Source of the DNA: Hypanus sabinus
Lineage: Eukaryota
Direction of reading: 5' to 3'
Assembly: GCF_030144855.1 (NCBI RefSeq)
Contig: NC_082732.1
Span: 26,412,001 to 26,476,000, forward strand
Length of the DNA: 64,000 nucleotides
Shown here: positions 1-30,505 of the stretch, in pieces
Layout of the letters: every line of letters starts with the position of its first letter
Numbering within the stretch: position 1 is the stretch's first letter
The notes under the pieces: model-generated
Database searches by the model: none
What the model was told of the DNA's origin: nothing
The model's input: only the letters and a program-made list of their open reading frames with translations
Program-made: the position numbers and the translations under genes

Positions 1-557
1 ACATTAACTCAGAGTGCCAATAGCCCCATTGTGTCTTAATTAATTTGAAAAAACTATTTATTACCATTTCCTTGCATTTTTTACGAAATTTGCTAACTCA
101 TTTTCAAAATCTCCCACTGAATTGTATCTCACTATCCGTTCCAGATTATAACATACTGTGTGTATTTACTAATCTACGGCATCTTGTCATTGGAAGCAGA
201 TGTTCTATGCCTACTTTCTGTGTCTCTATTCCAAAACAACCTTTAAAATTGGATCATTCAGTGCATACCACCTCACAACTGACTTTCCAAAGTGCTTTGA
301 GCTTTCCTTGTAGGACGCTGCCGAAGCCAAACTGGTGGGACTTCCAGTAAATCAATGACACCACCAGTGTCACGGCTGCTGCCCTGCCCGTATTGCAAAT
401 GTCTCCAACAGTAGCACCTGAAGAGGAGAAATCGCCCGCGCCGCACCGGCCAGTTCTCTCCGCTTTCCACATCGTAATCTTCGAAATACTAAGTTGACCC
501 GCCTTCATCACAATCGCACCAGCCCTAGAGTAATGCCCTCTCCCCTCAGCGACTCAC

Positions 558-646
558 CAGTCGAACTTCCCGACCTGATCTTCATAAATCGCCGCTGAAA
601 ACTCAAAGAGAGCGAGAAAGAACCAAACCCAACAGAGAACCACCAT
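558..646 (-). CDS. EMC1: ER membrane protein complex subunit 1, first coding exon (rest of gene beyond the left edge)
   Basis: The reverse strand reads MVVLCWVWFFLALFEFSAAIYEDQVGKFDW, then a GTGAGT donor at 557. This is a signal peptide plus the conserved EMC1 motif (V/I)YEDQVGKFDW. It lies head-to-head with MRTO4 as in human. An in-frame upstream ATG also exists at 685. Confidence 0.92.
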
Positions 647-1161
647 CACGCCCCGGTCCTCCAATATCCCAGAGAGCACTGGCATCCGGGCCCCCACGTG
701 CCGGGGCAATCGAGACCTCCTCTATCCCAGTACACACAGCGTTCCGAGTCCTCCAATCGCCCAGAACGGACAAGAATTCGAGACCTCCGGCTTCCCAGAG
801 AGCAAAGGGAGCGAAGTCAGGAGTCTCACTGTGAGTGGAGTTGAGTTGATCCATTTGCCCGATCTTAAATAAAACCACATGGTCCTAGATTCCCACTTGG
901 GAAATATTTGTATTAGTTGACAAATAAACTGACAAACATGTGTCGCATTGGTTCAAGACCCAACTTTTAATGGCTTCAGTGCTGGGTAGGAGACACGAGG
1001 TTTCCTGATTCGGCAGTAGGGGGGCGAACTGAACGGTTCGGTTGGCCGGAGTACCGGAGAGTGACCACCAGCGACAGACCGGACCAGTACACCCGGCCTC
1101 CGGGGCAGCCACAGCTCCGATCCGTGCGCCTCGCCGCTGAAGCAGGAGCAGCGCTGCCGCC
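647..1161. promoter_or_regulatory. CpG-rich bidirectional promoter shared by EMC1 and MRTO4
   Basis: About 515 bp, CpG-rich, between the divergent start codons at 646 (-) and 1162 (+). Confidence 0.75.
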
Positions 1162-4100
1162 ATGCCGCGATCCCGGCGTGACAAACGAGGTAAGAGCGGG
1201 GCCCGCCTGACGGACAGTTTATCAGAATCCCAAAGTTTCAACAAAACCAGAGCTGGAGGCTCAGAGCCTGGGTTCTGTTAAATGCATCCATTAACTTGGG
1301 ACTATACTTATTTCTCCAGTTTCCTTGACTAAAACGACGAAGAAAGGATTACAGATCAAACAAAGCTTAATCGAGGAGGTGAGTCTACAATTAATTCATA
1401 CCGAACGAAGCAATCTGTCAGCACTCTCCAATTGTATTTTTAACAGAAAAGGTGCCGGAGAAATTCAGCAGGTTAGGTAGTAACTACAAAGAGATGATCT
1501 GCCGAACTTTCGAGTCAAGGCTTCTAATCTACTCGTCCTCTGTCGTTTAGATCCCTGCATTTTCTGTGTCCATGCTTTTGCTGAATCCATCCCATGGAAA
1601 TTGCTTACCTTCTACCACTCGCCCTTTCCACTGATTACAGAAACAAATTTAGATGTAAGAGGGGAAATTGGCTATTCAGCCCATCGACTCCATAATTCGA
1701 TCATTGCTGATTTATTTTCTCTCTTAATCCTATTCCCCTGTCTTCTCCCTATAACCTTTGACACCATTAGTAGTCATCCTCCACTTTAAATGTACCCAGA
1801 TAGTTGGTTGACACAGCTGTCTGTGGCAATCAATTCCACAGACTTACCCCCTTCTGACTAAAGAAATTCCTCCCTATTTCTGTTTTAAATGGATGCCCTT
1901 GTACCCTGAGGCTGTCCCCTCTGGTCCTAGACTTCCCCCCACTATTGGAAACATCCTCTCCACATCCACTCTATCTTGGTCTTCCAATATTCAGTAGGTT
2001 TCAGAGAAATCCCCCTCATTTTCTCAATATTCCATCGGCAGTTTAATAAATTGTCATTTCCATCTCATTTGTAATGCACTTGCAGCCAACAAAATCCTTG
2101 CATTCTCACTTGCAGTTTAGACATTGAGTTTTACTTGATGTCACAAACAAAACTAATCTGAGTGAAGCTATTATTCTGTAGATTTTGTGATTGTTGCAGT
2201 AGATTGGATGATTGCAAAGGTGAGCCTATTAGAATGGAGGCGGAGAGAAAATGGGGACTTCCTGAACTCTTACCCTAATGCCAGAGGTAGAAAAATGCTG
2301 GTGATCAAAAAATGTTTGAATCAGAATCTCTTTCTTGCCAGTATGTGAAACATACCAGAATTGATTGTGGTTCGGTGCCAGATGTAAAACACAGGACAAT
2401 ACTATTCAGCAGTCAACAATTAACAGAATGGTCACAAGTGCAAATATCAATGATCAAATTTAAATATTTAAGTGTGAACATATAAATAGACTCAATAATT
2501 ATCACCAGAACAAGGAGAGCAACATAGACTGTTTAAGGGATGTTGTGCAGAGACAGTTAGGGTATTAAGCCTGAGTGAGCCTGAGCTTCTGGGCATTAGA
2601 TCGGACAAGTGGGAGTCCAACCTTAAATACTGCTTCCTTTCTGACAGGAAGTTCATAATCCACTGATAGATACTGTAGGGTACAGGTAGCTTAGCTTTCT
2701 GTGGAACAAGTTTGGAACAATAGTGTTAAAGCAGAGCTAAAATCCACAAACAAGATCTTCACCAACATGTTGGGGAAGTGGAAATGTTGGGCAGTGTAAT
2801 GAGGGCATGAGTCAACTGCATCCTCAGCTGAGCAATTCGCTTTATAAGCTGTCACAAATCTTTTCCTATCCCAAATGTCATCAAATCCTTTCCATTTATT
2901 AGCTTCTGAAAAGGAAATTTCTCAAGTTTTGGTTTGTTATGTTGCTATTCTGATCTCTCCGTGTCCTTAATGCTCCCAGCTTCTGATTATTTCATTTATT
3001 TAGAACTTTTTCTTATAAACTCTTAACACTTATAAGGTCCCCCTCTAAGCTTAATCCAAACTTTTACTTCATATCTTTGCATGAAGTTTGTTTTTTTATT
3101 CCTATGATGTGTTTTGGACAGATTTGTTCATTAAAATCACATCATAGCTGTTTCAAAATTTGTGTAGGAATTGTTGTTTTGTTAAAATTTGTACATCAGA
3201 ACTAATGGAAAATGGTTTTTCGCTGTAAAGGAAACCAGTTCCAAAAAAAACTTGGTTAACAGAAACCCAAAAGATTAAAAATGCTTGAATACAATGATCT
3301 CAATAAAATGTTGGTTTCTGAACAGTTAATCTTAAAATAACTAACAAATATATATATAATGTAGCCTTTCAAAGTATTTCACAAAAGAAACATCCAAAAT
3401 AATTACCCCGTACTGAATCTTATGTCCATTCTTCCTATTACAGACAGACAGACATACTTTATTGATCCCGAGGGAAATTGGGTTTCATTACAGTCGCACC
3501 AACCAAGCATAGTGTAGAAATATAGCAATATAAAACCATAAATGATTAAATAATAATAAGTAAATTATGCCAAGTGGAAATAAGTCCAAGACCAGCCTAT
3601 TGGCGCAGAGTGTCTGACACTCCAAGGGAGGAGTTGTAAAGTTTGATGGCCACAGGTGGGAATGACTTCCTATGACGCTCAGTGTTGCATCTCAGTGGAA
3701 TGAGTCTCTGGCTGAATGTACTCCTGTGCCTAACCAATACGTTACGGAGTGGATGGGAGACATTGTCCAAGATGGCATGCAACTTGGACAGCATCCTCTT
3801 TTCAGACACCACCGTCAGAGAGTCCAGTTCCACCCCCACATCACTGGCCTTACAAATGAGTTTGTTGATTCTGTTGGTGTAATGAATAAATTTGTTGTAA
3901 TACAAAAACCCTCATAAATTGAGCACGCTACACTAAATCAATCTCAGCAAAATTTTAGAAATACAACATTCATAAATGTAAGTTGCTCTTACCTGCTTTT
4001 CTGTTTAATGATTCCTTAAGTGTTTAATACGAAATCTGAAAAGCTGCCGGTAGACAGTTTGCTTTCCTGTGGCTGATGTATGTTGACAATTTTCTCTTTT

Positions 4101-6746
4101 TAAGTTGCGAAAATGTGTGGACATCTATACAAATCTCTTTGTCTTTTCCATTGAGAACATGAGAAATAACAAATTGAAGGACATGCGGTGTGCCTGGAAA
4201 CACAGCCGGTGAGTGAATTGAAATATTTGTTCCTTAAATTACTGATGGTTAACCTCCTCCAAATATCTTAACAAGAGATCCAGACCAACTGAGGTAGATT
4301 TACTTGTGTAGAAGATAAACTATTTATTTTGAGATACAGCATAGTAAAAGGCCCTTCCAGCCCAGTGAGCCTATGCCGCCCGATTACTTGTGACCAATTA
4401 ACCTATTCAGCTTATCTTTGAAACGAGAGAGGAAACTGGAGCACTCGGAGGAAGCACACAGTGTCATTAACTTGGGTAAGATTTTCGAACCCCTTGAACA
4501 TATTTGGCCGTTCATTTAAACTGGAACTGATCCATGCTATCTAGTCAAAACTCCTTATTTTGAGTTATTCTGATCTATACCAGAACGGCTCTTAAATGAT
4601 CCTGAAAATATCCTGTTATTGAACCACAAATGTGATACCTGCATGCAATTCTGCACCATTAGGTTTTGTTGATCATCTCATCCTCCTCCCAGGCTCCTCA
4701 AAATGCCAGGTTTTGAGTCCATCATCTTCTGTCTTGATTTTTTTTTATCCATCATAATGACTTTATTTCCAGTGATTTCCAGTGATCTACATTTGATTAA
4801 CACCCCCAATTTTTTCCTTCACAGTATACCTCAACAATATAATCAAAAACTGTGTCATTTTGTGTTTGGGTACAGGTCAGAATAATCTGTACAAGGAGTT
4901 CTGGGCAAATGGGCTCCAATTGTATGCAGGTGGCACTGCTCCACCTCACCATCATCACCCTTTGTGCTTCCAATGTTTTACATTCCTGGTGTGACGTCAG
5001 TATTTGATGAGGGCAAATAGCCTTCTTCCATATTGTTTACCCTGAGGCTCCTTGTGTGGCTGAACATCAATGTTAACTCTGCACTGGCATGCTATGCTAT
5101 GTTACCACCCCCATTGCTTGATTTTATTTATTTACCTCAGTTCCATAAACTTTGGTAGATGTCAGTTAGTTTTCAAAATCTCTGTCCCTCTGTAATTCCT
5201 GGCTTCTCACAGGAGAAGAAAAATGCTCTAATCTGATTAACTCAGACCTCACAATTAATACTATTTGCCCATTTAATCCGGCTATTTACTCTATATTATT
5301 GTAACTTCTTTCCTGAACCACCAAGCTCATTGTCAGCAAATTAACATGCATAGCTTTCTATTATTTCTATGTTGAAAATCCAAAGGTCCAGAACAGTCAT
5401 TCTTCTGGGAGGTCTCCCTGTCAATTCTCTAACTATGGTAATGTGGTTTATAATTTATGCCAACTAAACCTAATGTAAAACATGGCTTTAAGTATTTTAT
5501 ACTGTAATTGTGTAGGTTCTTCTTTGGTAAAAATAAAGTGATGATGGTGGCTCTGGGAAAAGGACCAGCAGATGAATACAAGAATGGTTTGCACAAGGTG
5601 AGTTCTTGATGACTGGCTGTGTAACTGTACACTTTAGCATTGCAGAGATTAAAGCTTTTAGGTTGATGAGATTTTTTTTTAATGTCAGTTGTTACTCAGA
5701 AACCTTTACCTTAACTTATTTCTCCATGGCCTGTCCAATGTTTAGAGCGTCAACAATGTTTAACATTCTCCTAAAACTTATCTTTGAAGGTCAGTGAACA
5801 TTTGCAAGGTGAAGTTGGTCTCCTGTTCACCAACCGCACAAAGGCAGAGGTGATTGAGTGAGTCTCACAACTTTTAATTGCTTTCCCTGACTAGTATTCT
5901 GCTCCTGTTCTTCTGTTGAGTTCTCCAATACCTCTCTATCCACGTCTTGATTACCAGGTGGTTTGATCAGTACACAGAGTCTGATTTCGCACGGTCTGGG
6001 AACAAAGCTACAATGGCCGTGACGCTCGATTCTGGGCCATTGCCACAGTTCACACACTCCATGGAGCCACAACTGCGGCAACTTGGGTTACCAACTGCAC
6101 TGAAGAAAGGTACAGCAATGGTTAACATAGATTCTGCATAAGATGTGATGACAGCAGCAGATTAGAAAACTTGAAAACTAAATTCCAACAGGTTATTCAC
6201 ACGTTCTGTCTTCTAGGTGTCGTGACATTGTTGAGTGATTATGAAGTATGTAAAGAGGGAGCCACTCTGACAGCTGAACAGGCGCGCATTCTGGTTAGTA
6301 TTTTGTTTCAAAGCATGACTTTAATTTTTGTTATTTCCTTGGAAGGGGGGGTCAAAAAATAAGTACATGAACTGGAGGAACAATTAATTAAGTGTTCTGG
6401 TTTAAATGAAAGCATTGTCTTTACTTACTGACACATTTAGAACCTCAACAGTATCTCCACCTCACACTGAGACAGAATACTAATGTGAAGAAACTTATCT
6501 CCACGTATAGGGCATTTCCAAATACAGAGCACTCACATAAGTTCCTGTGGAATAAAGTATATGGAAAGTATCCTAAGACTTTTGCACTGATCACTGTTTG
6601 TTGTTTTCCAGAAACTACTTGGTATTGAGATGGCCACCTTCAAAGTGACAATGAATTGTCTATGGAACTCTGAAACTGGTGAATTTGAAAAACTGGGAGC
6701 CATTGATGTTGGAAAAAGCAAAGATATGGCAGTAATGGATGATTAG
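1162..6746 (+). CDS. MRTO4: mRNA turnover protein 4 homolog (pre-60S ribosome maturation factor), 8 exons, 234 aa
   Basis: Exons 1162-1189, 1320-1378, 4105-4208, 5516-5597, 5790-5857, 5958-6109, 6217-6293, 6612-6746. All introns are GT-AG and phases are consistent (705 nt). Translation: [19 protein letters not shown]...NMRNNKLKD...[14 protein letters not shown]...GEVGLLFTN...[24 protein letters not shown]...[22 protein letters not shown] Kozak context. AATAAA at 6863, 6953 and 7222. Confidence 0.97.
1650..2030 (-). mobile_element. Degenerate CR1 LINE 3' fragment
   Basis: Resembles the reverse complement of other CR1 3' ends in the window (e.g. 43500-43890). Boundaries approximate. Confidence 0.65.
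3440..3880 (-). mobile_element. Rex-Babar-like LINE 3' fragment
   Basis: ORF 3597-3905 contains [24 protein letters not shown], typical of a Rex1/Babar ORF2 C-terminus. It has AATAAA and a short tandem tail on the minus strand. Confidence 0.7.
4325..4470 (-). mobile_element. V-SINE-like fragment
   Basis: The motif GGAAACTGGAGCACTCGGAGGAAGCACAC resembles the reverse-complement V-domain core. Confidence 0.5.
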
Positions 6747-8454
6747 CAAGGAGTTCGAGGGCTTTGTCCTTTGCTTGTCATCTGTGTGAAACTGACTAAG
6801 CAATGGATTGAATGAGAGATGAATTGTTACATTTGCGGAAACCAACTTCAGTGCAGCTTTTTAATAAATATGTGAACCATGAAGGACCTTTGGTCAAGTC
6901 TCACCAAGTGGCAAATTGACTCTTATACCAACATCTAGGCAAATTCAACATTAATAAAGCATTTCAATAAGTAATGGAAAACCCTTTGATGCAACAGAGG
7001 ACTTTGCACCTAATGGTTTCGAAATGCAGTCACAGTTGTAAGGTGGCTAATATGGACAATGAGATACTGAGATGGAAAAGCAAATTGCGGAGACTTGTCT
7101 TTAAATGCTATCAGTCAAAACCCCTAGATTTTTTAATGTCCAGTTGTAACAGTGGACCAGGTAGCTCCTTTAACAGTACAATGCTCCAGGTACAAGAGCA
7201 GGGTGCTGTTTTGGTATAAAAAATAAAGCCAGTCATGATAGTGCACAAATTCTGAGCCCTTTCTGAATTTCTGAAATGATTAAGCTACAGTTTAGCCATT
7301 TTCTATTACGTACATAAGGCATGCACTATTCGTCATTAGAAATTGAAATACCATGTAAATGTTAAGTAGCAATTATGCAGTTTACCTGATCAGCCTTCAA
7401 CAGTGTTTCAGAGGCTGTTAGAAAAGTAGTAGTATGTTGTGGCTGCACTTTTAATCTGAACAATCTTTGGCTATATAAAAAAAAAATTGATGCTCAATAC
7501 ATCTGCGTGTGGATCCCCAAAATAAGAAATGAATCAATTACATTAAATGCATGTAGTGAATCAACTATTTTTATTCAATGCAAACATAATTTTGGGTTGC
7601 TAATAATTTTGATCCTACATGTAGACACAGGAGAGACTGCAAAAGCTTGAAACCACACTAAATGCTGGAATTCAGCAAGTCACCATTCAGTCATCCATTT
7701 TTCAGAGCAGTTCTGCGACATTCAGCAAGTTTGATGAATGTCAAGACAGCTGAACATCAGTTTCCTGCTGCATTTCACCCTATTCATGCAAAGTAACTAC
7801 AGTTAGCAATTCCCTATACAGTACTGGATTATATATTTGACCTTTTCTTCCCTAATTGAATTAGTGACCAGATTATCTGCTTTTAATGTTACAATTCGGG
7901 CTTAGCTAGATGACTGGCAGATTACACATTCATGAATAGGTAGGGAGGCCACTGGACTCAGCACTTTTGCCTGTATCAATGGTGTAATTTGACAATGGTT
8001 CCCACTTGTCTCTATATCTGGGGCAAGTGGCCAAACCCAAATCAAAAATCATCATGATTTCCATGCTGTCAGCTGGAAATAAAAATATGACATAATTAAA
8101 AATATTAAGGCCAATGTCTTCACCAAAAATCTGGGCAAGTATTTTTCATAAAGAATACTATGGGCATATAATGTGCACAAAATTCACTCAACACTACCAC
8201 CACCCCTGGACACCCTGACAAATCCAGAAACTATTCTTTCCTCAGTCTCCCTCAAAGGCTGAGACTGCTTGACGGGTGGTCCTGATTTATCACTAATCAG
8301 GGCCTCCTGCAATTGCAAGGGATAGGAAATTCTAGCTTGCAGCACTGAGGGGTTCACCAGTCACCTTCCAAATGAAAACCTAGGCAAGTAATCTAACTTT
8401 TAGCTTGCAGATTCAACCCCGTGTTTAGTGTAAGTGCTCCTGCAGAAGTCTGAC

Positions 8455-26037
<17,583 letters not shown>

Positions 26038-26167
26038 GGCGAGCTGGGCGGGATTTATCAGCGCCCTGCCCCACTTCATTGGCTTTTCCGCTGTCAGAGA
26101 CAGCCAAACTCGTCCTTTTAAAAAGTATGCGAAACTTCGCCCTCACCGCGAATTACATGTGCAATAT

Positions 26168-26214
<47 letters not shown>

Positions 26215-26231
26215 GAGTCCACCCAGGGACG
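26168..26231 (+). pseudogene. tRNA-Asn(GTT), lacking its first 10 nt
   Basis: CGCAATCGGTTAGCGCGTTCGGCTGTTAACCGAAAGGTTGGTGGTTCGAGTCCACCCAGGGACG matches vertebrate tRNA-Asn from position 11 onward. The 5' acceptor strand GTCTCTGTGG is absent. No CCA and no adjacent oligo-T terminator. Confidence 0.88.
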
Positions 26232-26239
26232 ATACAGCT

Positions 26240-27135
26240 GAGCGACCACCCTGCCTTGTGTCGCTGGATCCTGTACTTCCTGTCAGCAGGAGGAAAGAGT
26301 GGGCTCCCTAACCTTCGCCCCCTCTGACCCTCAGGACTGTGTACTAAGCCCCCTCCTTTACTCTCTGTATGCCAGTAAGTGCGTCACCACCAGTAACTCC
26401 AATTGCTAATTAAATTTGCTGACGTCGCTACAACCCTAATCTCAAATGATAATGAGGCAGCCCACAGAGAAGTCATCACTGTCAAGAAAACAACCTCTCC
26501 CTCAATGGTTGTGGACTACAGGAGGAATGGAGACAGGTTAGCCCCTATAGACATCAATGGATCTGGAGTTGAGAGGGTAAACAGTTTTAAATTCCTCTGC
26601 ATAAACATCAATGAGGTCTGCACAACAGCGGCTCTTTCATCTCAGACTGTTGGAAGAAGTTTGGTATGGGCCCCCAAATCCTAAGAACTTTCTACAGGGG
26701 TACATTTGAGAATATCCTGACTGGCTGCTTCACTACCTGGTATGGGAACTGTACTTGCCTCAGTCACAGGACTCTGCAGAGTCCTGCAGATATGCAGATG
26801 TGAACTTCCCATGATTCAGGACATTTACAAAGAGAGGTGCATAAAAAAGGGCCCGAAAGATCATTGGGGACCTGAGTCACCCCAACCACAAACTGTTCCA
26901 GCTGCTACCATGCAGGAAGCGGTACTGCAGCATTAAAGCCAGAACTAACAGGCTCCAGGACAGCTTCTTCCACCGGGTCGTCAGACTGCTTAATTCATGC
27001 TGTTACAACTGTATTTCCATGTTATATTGACTGTTCTGTTGTACATACTATTTATTAATTAGAAATTAGACATTGCACATTTAAGCAGAGACATGAAGGA
27101 TATGAAGAATGTAAGAAATAAAGTCTATTCAATTA
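26240..27135 (+). mobile_element. Degenerate, internally deleted Rex-Babar-like LINE
   Basis: Remnants of LC.WIL.F, CVLSPLLYSLY, LIKFAD, VERVNSFKFL and RTFYRGTFENILTGC...WYG, followed by a 3' AATAAA and tail. Confidence 0.75.
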
Positions 27136-27849
27136 ATCTCTCATTGAGAGAAAAAGGTAAATATTCCCACAATAGTGGTACAGAATGAACAAATCAGGAC
27201 AACTGCTGCAACTATGATATTAAAAAAATCAACTTTATTGTCAAGGGCATACATACCCAGTATAAATGCCATGAAAAATGGCTTTTTGCAGTAATGTCAA
27301 ATTGCAGACAAAACTCAGCAGGTCAAGCAGCAGCTGTGGGGGAAAATAACTTTGGGCCTAGGTTCTTCATCTGAAATATTTCTACAGATGGTGCCTGGCC
27401 CAATAAGGTCCTCTGGCCATTTGCCTTTTTTTTAAACAAGGGAATATGATTATTGCTTCACAAAGGAGAAGAAACCTTACAAACCAGAGAACATCAATGG
27501 GTTAGCAAAAATATAGGTGAAATAAGATGATAGTTTGCCACCTGTGGAAAAATGGGAGACTTTTAAAGACGCTTCAAGTACTGACTAAGTACACTCTAAC
27601 AGGGAAGAAGATCGAACCAAAGCTGGAGCTGCCAAAGGGATATAGAGCACAGACAATCTGATAAAACAAATAAAAGTGTACAATACTTGCAGTTGTTACC
27701 CAAGAACCAATCCAAATTTCGTGAGTGAAGAGGCATGGTAAAAAAAAAGGACAATAAAACGGGCGAAGAAGTGGCATTAGAATGATTTTTTTTAAAATCA
27801 CTATACGGATAATTTTTCTCACCCCTAATGGATGGTGTGCATGTCTTTT

Positions 27850-30505
27850 AGTTTTCCCTTGATCTCGGGTCCTCTACCAGAGGCCTGGGAGCTTAAGGTT
27901 TAAGCACAGTAACCTTGCTGTTCCTAGTACTGCACTCTTCTGGACTGAAATCTCAGATGTTGTTCCTGGGATTTGTTGGAGCCAGTCTCCCAGTCCAGGT
28001 GTCACAGCTCCATGTGCCCCTATCACCTCCAGGATTACTCTGGCTTTAAACCTTCCACATCCTTTCTATCTGCTCTTTCAAGCCCTGGTATTTCACCAGC
28101 TTCTCAAAGTCTTTCTTCCTGATGTTACTGTCATAGAAACATAGAAAACCTACAGCACAATACAGGCCCTTTGGCCCACAAAGCTGTGCCGAGTATGTCC
28201 TTACCTTAGAAATTACCTAGTGTTACCCATAGCCCTCTATTTTTCTGAGCTCCATGTACCTGTCCAGGAGTCTCTTAAAAGACCCTATCATATCAGCCTC
28301 CACCACCGCTGCTGGCAGCCCATTCCACGTGCTCACCATTTTCTGGATAAAAAAACCTTACCCCTGATATCTCCTCTGTACCTACTCCAAGCACCTTAAA
28401 ACTGTGCCCTCTCATGCTAGCCATTTCAGCCCTGGAAAAAAGCCTCTGACTATCCACATGATCAATGCCTCTCATCATCTTATAGACCTCTATCAGGTCA
28501 CCTCTCAACCTCCGTTGCTCCAAGGAGAAAAGGGCAAGTTCACTCAATCTATTCCCATAAGGCATACTCCCCAATCCAGGCAACATCCTTGTAAATCTCT
28601 TCTGCACCCTTTCTATAGCTTCCACATCCTTCCTGTAGTGAGACCACCAGAACTGAGCACAGTACCCTAAGTGGGGCCTGACCAGGGTCCTTTTTAGCTG
28701 CACATTATCTCTGGGCTCTTAAACTCAATTCCACCATTGATGAAGGCCAATGCACTGTGTGCTTTCTTAACCACAGAGTCAACCTGCGCAGCAGCTTTGA
28801 GTATCCTGTGGACTCAGACCCCAAGATCCCTCTGATCCTCCACACTGCCAAGAATCTTACCATTAATATTATATTCTGCCATCATATTTGACCTACCAAA
28901 ATTAACCACTTCACACTTATCTGGGTTGAAATCCATCTGCCACTTCTCAGCCCTGTTTTGCATCCTATCAATGTCCCACCGTAACCTTTGACGACCCTCC
29001 ACACCTCCAACCTTTGTATCATCAGCAAATTTACTAACCCATCCTTCCACATCTTCATCCTGGTCATTTATAAAAATCATGAAGAGTAGGGGTCCCAGAA
29101 GAGATCCCTGAGGCACACCATTGGTTACTGATCTCCATGCAGAATATGACCCGTCTACAACCACTCTTTGTCTTCTGTGGTCAATACAGTTCTGGATCCA
29201 CAAAACAATGTACCCTTGGATCCCATGCCTCCTTACTTTCTCAATAAGCCTTGCATGGGATACCTTGTCAAATGCCTTGCTGAAATCCATATACACTACA
29301 ACTACTGCTGTACCTTCATCAATATGTTTAGTCACATCCTCAAATTCAATCAGGCTTGTAAGGCACAACCTCCCTTTTACAAAGCTATGCTGACAGTTCC
29401 TATATCATATTATGCCTCTTCAGATGTTCACCAATCCTGCCTCTCAGGATCTTCTCCATCAATTTGCCAACCACTGAAGTAAGACTTACTGGTCTATAAT
29501 TTCCTGGGCTATCTCTACTCACTTTCTTGAACAAGGGAACAATGTCCACAACCCTCCAATCCTCCGGAACCTCTCCCATCCCCATTGATGATGCAAAGAT
29601 TATCGCCAGAGGCTCAGCAATCTCCTCCCTCACCTCCCACAGTAGTCTGGGGTACGTCTCATCTGGTTCCGGCGACTTATCCAAATGCTTTCCAAAAGCT
29701 CCAGCACATCCTCTTTCTTAATATCCACATACTCAAGCTTTTCAGCCCACTGTAAGTCATCCCTACAATATCCAAGATCCTTTTCCGTAGTGAATACTGA
29801 AGCAAAGTACTCATTAAGTACCTCTGCTATCTCCTCCAGTTCCATACACACTTTTCCACTGCCACACTCGATTGGTCCTATTCCCTCATATCTTATCCTC
29901 TTGCTCTTCACATACTTGTAGAATGCCTTGGGGATTTCCTTAATCCTGTCCGCCAAGGCCTTCTCATGGCCCCTTCTGACTCTCCTAATTTCTTTAAGCT
30001 CCTTCCTGCTAGCCTTATAATCTTCCAGATCTCTATCATTACCTAGTTTTTTGAACTGTTTGTAAGCTCATTTTCTCTTCTTAACTATATACAACAGCCT
30101 TTGTACACCACAGTTCCTGTACCCTACCATCCTTTCCATCTCATTGGAATGTGCCTATGCAGAACTCCACACAAATATCCCCTGAACATTTGCCACATTT
30201 CTTCTGTACATTTCCCTGAGAACATCTGTCCCCAATTTATGCTTCCAAGTTCCTGCCTGATAGCCTCATTTTTCCCCTTACTCCAATTAACTGCTTTCCT
30301 AACTTGTCTGTTCCTATCCCTCTCTAAAGCTTTGGTAAAGGAGATAGAATTGTGTCATTTGGGATTGCCACATCAATTAATATTGCTTTCTTCTGTTCCT
30401 TGTCTACTATTAGTGTGGTTGGTTTGCTAGTACCTGCTTGCCAGTCTGTATTTGGAAATCCCAGAGGATCTTAGCTCTGTCATTCTCCTCTACCTTCTTG
30501 GGTGA
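27850..30505 (-). mobile_element. R4/Dong(Rex6)-like retrotransposon C-terminal fragment (arms ~30359-30505 and ~27850-28134), split by a CR1
   Basis: The rejoined minus strand encodes ILWDFQIQT.KQVLANQP...IVDKEQKKAILIDVAIPNDSNIRKK..EKL.KYQGL...VIGAHGAVTP.L..WLQQIPGTTSEISVQKSAVLGTA. This fits a restriction-like endonuclease region. Confidence 0.72.
28135..30352 (-). mobile_element. 5'-truncated CR1 LINE
   Basis: ORF2 pieces KSP.PD..YPRLL, NYRPVSLTS, MDFSKAFDKV and SKFADDT, with a 3' tail. 6-bp TSD TGTCAT at 28129-28134 and 30353-30358. Confidence 0.92.

Noticed and set aside
26168-26231. Functional tRNA gene, or a prophage-style att site
   Set aside because: No acceptor stem can form. The DNA is vertebrate, with no integrase or second att copy.
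26168-26266. Circularly permuted tRNA-Asn, with downstream GTCGCTG (26260-26266) supplying the missing acceptor strand
   Set aside because: It pairs only 6 of 7 with a G-G mismatch, lacks the following TGG, and falls inside the LINE remnant. It is most likely chance.
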